A stretch of 63,045 nt of DNA, the filler included, from Olpidium bornovanus S191 (taxonomy: Eukaryota > Fungi > Olpidiomycota), in the NCBI GenBank assembly GCA_017911155.1. It is 28 parts of 28 records of this genome, joined end to end, with 100 filler letters (N's around TTAATTAATTAA, not from the genome) between each part and the next. Parts side by side here need not be neighbours in the genome. Positions count along the whole stretch, not along the records: positions 56,979 to 59,100 come from JAEFCI010002129.1; positions 59,201 to 60,735 come from JAEFCI010003384.1; positions 60,836 to 63,045 come from JAEFCI010012414.1; 25 more parts are not named here. The stretch is one strand, 5' to 3'. The notes below the pieces were generated by a model. It saw only the letters and a program-made list of their open reading frames with translations, was not told where the DNA came from and ran no database searches. Shown here piece after piece: positions 57,958 through 63,045 of the stretch (within the stretch, counting starts at the first letter, position 1; each line of letters begins with the position of its first letter). The position numbers and the translations under genes are program-made.

Positions 57958-58188
57958 CCCGTTTCCATTAAACTTGCCACCCCGCAAAAAAACTCTTTCC
58001 TTGTCCGGCGGAGAGATCCCACAAACGTCGAAGCCCAGGATTCCATGCCCGCGACGATTCGGGTCTTTGGGAGGGGGAGGGAAGGGGGCGCGCGCGCAGA
58101 CTTTGTCTCGCCACCCGCGTCGCGTCTCGGTCTCCGCCGACCTCCTACGTCAGGCAAAATCGAGGGGTGCGCCGTTGGGCTTCATCGG

Positions 58189-58209
58189 CACACACACACA
58201 CAGAGACAC

Positions 58210-58243
<34 letters not shown>
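58189..58243. repeat. (CA)n microsatellite, interrupted
   Basis: Directly visible CA array. Confidence 0.95.
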
Positions 58244-58245
<2 letters not shown>

Positions 58246-58370
58246 CTCCCTCCCCTTACCCCTTCTCCCCTCCTTCACGCAGCGCGGCAGGACAGAAAAA
58301 TAAAACCCAGTCCGGTTTCCCCTGCCGTTTCGTGGGGGGCCAAGACGGGTTTGTTAACCGCCCCGCGGTC

Positions 58371-58982
58371 TCATTTTTTGCGCCATCGCATCGTGAACCA
58401 TTCGCCGTCGCCCGGGTCGCTCCGCAGGCGATAGCACTCCCGAATCTCCGCCAGCGCCCTCTCTTCCGTCTGGATCTGCTTCAGTGATTTCCGGTTCGTG
58501 CGGGCCTCCTCCATCATCCGCCGGGCCGCGGCCTGTTCGTTCTGGATGGAGAGGAAGGACGACGGGCTGACGGCCGGAGTGGTTGGTTCCGCCATCTGGA
58601 ACTGCCCGCCGACGCGTGCGAACGACGGAGACGGGGTAAAGGTAGGACGAAGGCTGGCCTGCGAGGACGCCGGCGAAGGCGACGGCGGGAATGCTGCCGT
58701 CGGCTGCCTTTCGCAAGCAGCGGTAAATGCTTCTTTGGGTGACGGACCATTTTGCCTGTGCCCAGGGGGGTCTCGGCGTAAATACGAGAGTGGCGAGAAC
58801 CAAACAAAAACAAGAAAACGAAAAAGGTTCGGCATACCCTGTTTCTCCTGACGACGGCACCGCCCTGAAGTCAGCCGGATTGCTGCCCAGTGGTCTTGGA
58901 GTCGCGGGTAGCTTCCAGGGACTAGCCGCCGAGTCGCTTCCGCCTCCGTAATCTTCACTTCGCCGCTGTTCCTCCACTGCAT
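58371..58982 (-). CDS. C-terminus of an IBTK/Btb1-like (ankyrin-RCC1-BTB) protein; partial, spliced
   Basis: 'SFLSIQNEQ..RKSLKQIQTEERALAEIRECY..DPGDGEWFTM' resembles the IBTK terminal motif (LALIQIEEHAIQDLLVFY..NPEEF). The upstream exon starts 'MQWRNS..'. Confidence 0.55.
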   Translation of the reverse strand: MQWRNSGEVKITEAEATRRLVPGSYPRLQDHWAAIRLTSGRCRRQEKQGMPNLFRFLVFVWFSPLSYLRRDPPGHRQNGPSPKEAFTAACERQPTAAFPPSPSPASSQASLRPTFTPSPSFARVGGQFQMAEPTTPAVSPSSFLSIQNEQAAARRMMEEARTNRKSLKQIQTEERALAEIRECYRLRSDPGDGEWFTMRWRKK

Positions 58983-59200
58983 GACGACGTCGGTTTCGTT
59001 GAGACTGCCTGTTACTGCCCCATTTCGCCGCTGATTGCCCTAAAAGTGGTCTCGGCTCAGGGTGCCCGGTAGATCGCTTGCAGGCGCGCCGTGTGGAAAC
59101 NNNNNNNNNNNNNNNNNNNNNNNNNNNNNNNNNNNNNNNNNNNNTTAATTAATTAANNNNNNNNNNNNNNNNNNNNNNNNNNNNNNNNNNNNNNNNNNNN

Positions 59201-60131
59201 CATGGTCCGTCTTGAAGAATTGCTGTGGAAGGACGCCAATCTCTCCAGTCGCTCCTCATACGACGTTAAGGGCACACTGATAATCTATTCTCCGCAACGG
59301 TCTGTGATGCTGAGGATCTTTGATACTCAGGAACGTTTTAAGTGTGATTTCATCCGTAACTGCCTGATCTTCGATCGGTCACTTGAAGAGCTGAAGCACG
59401 TTTTGGCCGACCTGGACTGCAGCGTTTTTAAAGACGGAAACATCAATGTTGTGCTTTCGCCTTCGCTTTGGTCGCCGCCAATGGCTACGGCAGCCCAGCG
59501 GATTCGTAAGTATCGGATTTTACATGGAGAAATATCTTAATATTGGCATTATTCGTTGCTGCCGCAGCTTCCCGCAGACGGCACTCACTCCAACCACCAC
59601 GCCGGCCGTTCTCAGGGCGGACACAATATTCATTACGTGGAGTGGTCTACATGCTTCGAGCCGAATCCATGTGCGGCGCCAACGGGCACCTTAACCAAGC
59701 TTTCAGTACTGAGGGCCGCGCCGGTTTCACCTTCCGTGCCGCCGCCAACGTGCACGTACGGCTGGGCGAACACGTCGGCGGAGCCGTCTCGTGACCCCAA
59801 GGGTGTTGTCGTGCCGGAGCCGCCTCGTGACCCCAAGGGTGCTGTCGGGCCCCGAGGAGCCCAAAATCACGAGCACCACAGCGGGTCGAACGCCGGGTCC
59901 ACGTCCGCGGAAGTCGCGTCCTCGATGCCCTCGAGTTCTGCGCTCCCATCGCCATCATCCTCGTCGTTGGCGGCCAAATCGCGAAGCTGGGGGGGCTGGT
60001 CTGCAGCGGGCGGCGGCGGAGGCCCCGGCCGGCGGGTAATTACGATGCTGCAAATGGGCGACAGCCTTTTCGACAGAGTCATTCAACCATGTTTGAAGCC
60101 CGGCTCGTCGCCGGAAAAGCAGCCGCACTAA
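59201..60131 (+). CDS. Hypothetical protein; partial, two exons, with an in-frame 36-bp duplication
   Basis: Open frame from the contig start to a GTAAGT donor at about 59506, then CAG acceptor at about 59579 and an exon ending at 60131. 59780-59851 = EPSRDPKGVVVP/EPPRDPKGAVGP. Confidence 0.45.
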
Positions 60132-60835
60132 CCGGACTTAGGCCAATACCCTCCGGCGCGGCTTTCGCATCGTCGAGACGAGGACGCCGTGCAAGTTGGA
60201 ATAACGGCGCGATCGGGTTCCGGCCGCCAGCAAACCTTTCGCACGAGCGCCGCGGAGCCGCACTCGGTGGCCTACTTTCGGGTCGCCATAACCATCACCT
60301 GCCGCCTTCCGGGCGGCTCCTTACCCGCCCTCATCGGCATGGGGCATGCTGCCAGCGCTCTAGTCCAGTCGCGGAATATCGAATACGGCAAGGATCCATT
60401 GGCGAATACATTACATAACTGTTATAGATGCCCCTGACCGGCAACCAGCTTTTCCTTCATCATTCTCATTTATCAAAGAATCAGGAGGCAAAATCGAGAC
60501 GCCAGGACGAATAATAACTCCGGTCGTGTCCTGCAATGCGAAGAGGTGGAGGTTGGTATTCATGTCTAAAAATGGCAGTGTACAGACAGGGTCCGCCAGC
60601 AAATAATCTCTCGCCATGAGAAAACGTCAGGTCTCCCCAAAGGACCGAACAAGGGGCCAGGATGGGGGAGAGTGGAGCTTTTGATGCGGCTCCAGCCCGC
60701 CCCGGAAGTTTGCGTCTGGATTATTCCGCGCATCGNNNNNNNNNNNNNNNNNNNNNNNNNNNNNNNNNNNNNNNNNNNNTTAATTAATTAANNNNNNNNN
60801 NNNNNNNNNNNNNNNNNNNNNNNNNNNNNNNNNNN

Positions 60836-61330
60836 CATGGCGGAGATGTATCCTTCCGCGTTTTCCTCGCTAAGGTGGCGAACAAGAAACGGCGAGTTCC
60901 GTCCTCCGGCCACGGTCCGCGCCTGTGGGTGTACGGCCTGCCGTTGCGCCCGCTGCTGAAGCTGGTGCTGTTTCCTCACCTCCTCCTGGTGGGCACGGTA
61001 AGCCTCGATGGGTACATTGATGCCAGCTGCAAGGAGTGTGTTCAGCAGCCCCTCGCCTGGTACATCCGCCTTAATGTTTGAGGTGCCGAGAGGGCGACGA
61101 CCGGGAAGCTCGCCAGCAGCAAGCGACGAGATCGGCTGGATGCCAACCCCTTGATCCTGGCGGTGATGGCGGTGACCGTGATGGCGGCTGTGGCCATGCT
61201 GGGTCTCGGGAAAGTGCCCCCCGCTGAGGTCGGTGAAGTGGAAATGCCCGTCCCTGTCGGTGTAGATTTTACCGGTGCTGTCGTCGTAATAGACGATCAC
61301 CTTTTTTTCGGGAGACGCCATCGGCGGCAT
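60836..61330 (-). CDS. Hypothetical protein N-terminus (His- and Gln-rich patches); partial
   Basis: MPPMASPEKKVIVYYDDSTGKIYTDRDGHFHF..HGHSRHHGHRHH..EEVRKQHQLQQRAQRQ.., open to the contig end. Confidence 0.5.
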
Positions 61331-62417
61331 AACCCAAGGACGGACTCCGTCGACGAAAAGGAGTCTGAACGAGATAAGCCTAGCACGCACAAAAGAACGC
61401 AACGTAATAACGTAACATAACGCAACGTTAGCAAGGAATCAAAGGAACGAGAGGCCCTTCGGCCTCCACGGGACCCGCTACCGGTAACGCCCATCAAAAC
61501 GGACCGCCGCTCGAAGACGCGTGGACCCCGAGGGCGAAGCGGACGAAACGAGCAATCTGCGGAGAAACGAGAGCAAAAAGCTGCAAGTCATAAGTCTCTG
61601 GCAAAAGTTTCGAGCCGGACGCCCGTCGTCAGAGGTGTTCCACGTGCAAAGTACACAGCAGGCGTGGGCCCGTCTGGCCTCTGGCCGAAGGGCAAGTGGG
61701 GAGGGGAGGGGGGGAAGGAGCGCCCGCGACTTTTTCGCACTCCGCCCTGTGCGCCTCCGGGCGTGAGCTCGACCGGACTCACCCCGAGGTTACGACGGCG
61801 CGGAAGCGGGGGGAACGAGACGGCGAATGACGGCAGCAGTCGGCGGTTCGCCCGCCGGCTTGGTTTTTTTTTTCCGCGTGGCCGCACGCTTACGCCCTGG
61901 CGGCTGGGTGCGTTTTCTTCCTCTTTCTTCTTCTTCTTTCTTCTTTCTTCCTCTTTTCTTCCTCTTTCTTCCCTTTGCGCGCGCGGCTTCCCCCGCCGGG
62001 CCGAAAAAGGGAAGACGGCTCTCGCTCCCGCCCCGTCCCCGCCCACGCCCCCCGCCCCCGCCCCGCTCCGCCCCCGCCTCGGCGGCGAGCCGGCGACCCG
62101 CCCGGAGGCAAGCAGTGGCGCCGCCGTCCACACCTCCCGCACAGCCTCCTTCCCGTGCGGATCTTGCACCCGACTCCCGAATAAACCCCGCGCGCGAGAG
62201 TTCCTGTCGCGAGTTCTGCCGCAAACCCGGCCGTGGATTCCACCCGCGCGTTCTGCTGTGAATCCCGCCGTGAATTGCCGCGAATCCTTGGCGCAAATTC
62301 TGCAGCGGATTCAGTTGCAATCTCTTTTTTTTTTTTTTTGGAAATTCTGCGGCAACGCCAATCGCGCCGCGAAATCTGTGAATTCTGGCCACAGAAAAAA
62401 AAAAAATTGCTGCGATT

Positions 62418-62489
62418 CCTGCCGCAGATACTGCCGCAAATTTCTCGGCAGATCCTGCTGCAGACTCTGCCGCGAGTCCTGCGACGAGC
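62418..62489. repeat. Degenerate 12-bp tandem array, 6 units, within a wider (A/G)AATTCTGC-rich region
   Basis: CCTGCCGCAGAT, ACTGCCGCAAAT, TTCTCGGCAGAT, CCTGCTGCAGAC, TCTGCCGCGAGT, CCTGCGACGAGC. Confidence 0.75.
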
Positions 62490-62996
62490 ATCTGTGCCTT
62501 GACTTCTGCAGCAGATCGCGCCCCGAACTTTGCCTTGCATTCTGCATTCTAGTCCTGCCCGGCAAATGTTAACTTGAATTTGTGGCAAATTCTGCGGTGA
62601 AACCTGCAGTAAGCCCCCGCCGTTAAACGCTGCAATGAAATCTGGGGTGAGTGAGCGAGCGACCCAGTGGGTGAATGAGCGGGTTGAATGAACGAGCGAG
62701 CAATCGGGCGGGTGCGTGAGAGTGACTTGTTTGCGAGAGAGTGCGTGCGTGCGTGAGCGTGCACGGGAGAACTCGCCGCGCACGGGAGAAACGGCCACTC
62801 TCGCCCGCCGCACACGCCGCCCCGCCCGCCCGCCCCGGCTGAGAGGAGAGGAGAGCAGCCTGCGCTCGCGCAGCGCGGGACGGGGCGGTGTCGGCGGCAA
62901 AGGCGGCAACGGGAAAGAGCCGCCGACGCACGCACACAATCGGTGCACTACTAGCCTTTCCACCCTGCGCCAGACATACAATTCTGAACTCGGGAC

Positions 62997-63029
<33 letters not shown>

Positions 63030-63045
63030 CCCCGGGGCCCGCGGG

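Noticed and set aside
60848-60855. U12-type donor GTATCCTT (also at about 42866-42873 on the minus strand)
   Set aside because: The first lies antisense within an open coding frame and the second lies inside a normal GT-AG intron. Neither has a matching U12 branch site.
23110-63045. Apparent clustering of proteasome, SAGA, AP-1, MAPKK, kinetochore, CDK1, GATOR2 and RPB1 genes as a gene cluster or system
   Set aside because: The genes lie on separate contigs joined artificially. Only same-contig neighbours (PRE3-SGF29; hydrolase-DAM1-pICln; tRNA-CDK1) are real, and they show no functional link.

Overview
This window is not one locus. It is 28 short, unrelated contigs (about 1.0-4.7 kb each) joined by 27 artificial 100-nt spacers (44 N + TTAATTAATTAA + 44 N), so gene adjacency across spacers means nothing. 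Most contigs come from a GC-rich, intron-rich eukaryote. The DASH subunit Dam1 and a PBS2-type MAPKK point to a fungus, and the flagellar/basal-body gene CCDC96 points to a zoosporic, early-diverging one (Olpidium-like; inference). Recognisable, mostly partial, spliced genes: CCDC96, HUWE1/TOM1, proteasome beta1 (PRE3/PSMB6), SGF29, AP-1 gamma adaptin, a PUF60-like splicing factor, PBS2, an alpha/beta-hydrolase-like protein, DAM1, pICln, CDK1, WDR24/SEA2, a multi-pass membrane protein, MPC2, RPB1 with its CTD, and an IBTK/Btb1-like C-terminus. There is one degenerate tRNA-Glu(TTC). Decayed retroelements include Copia (one Bianca-like), Gypsy and a DIRS/Ngaro-type RNase H. One contig (13824-14925) is largely bacterial (Verrucomicrobiota-like) and looks chimeric at CATG sites. 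Fifteen contig ends fall exactly on CATG, which suggests that restriction/religation reads entered the assembly. Best biological leads: a Dam1 with an appended winged-helix-like C-terminal domain, a Bianca-like Copia with an internal-tRNA primer site, a PUF60-like gene alongside homopolymer-rich introns, and the multi-pass membrane protein. All family calls are from motif recognition by eye; no searches were run.
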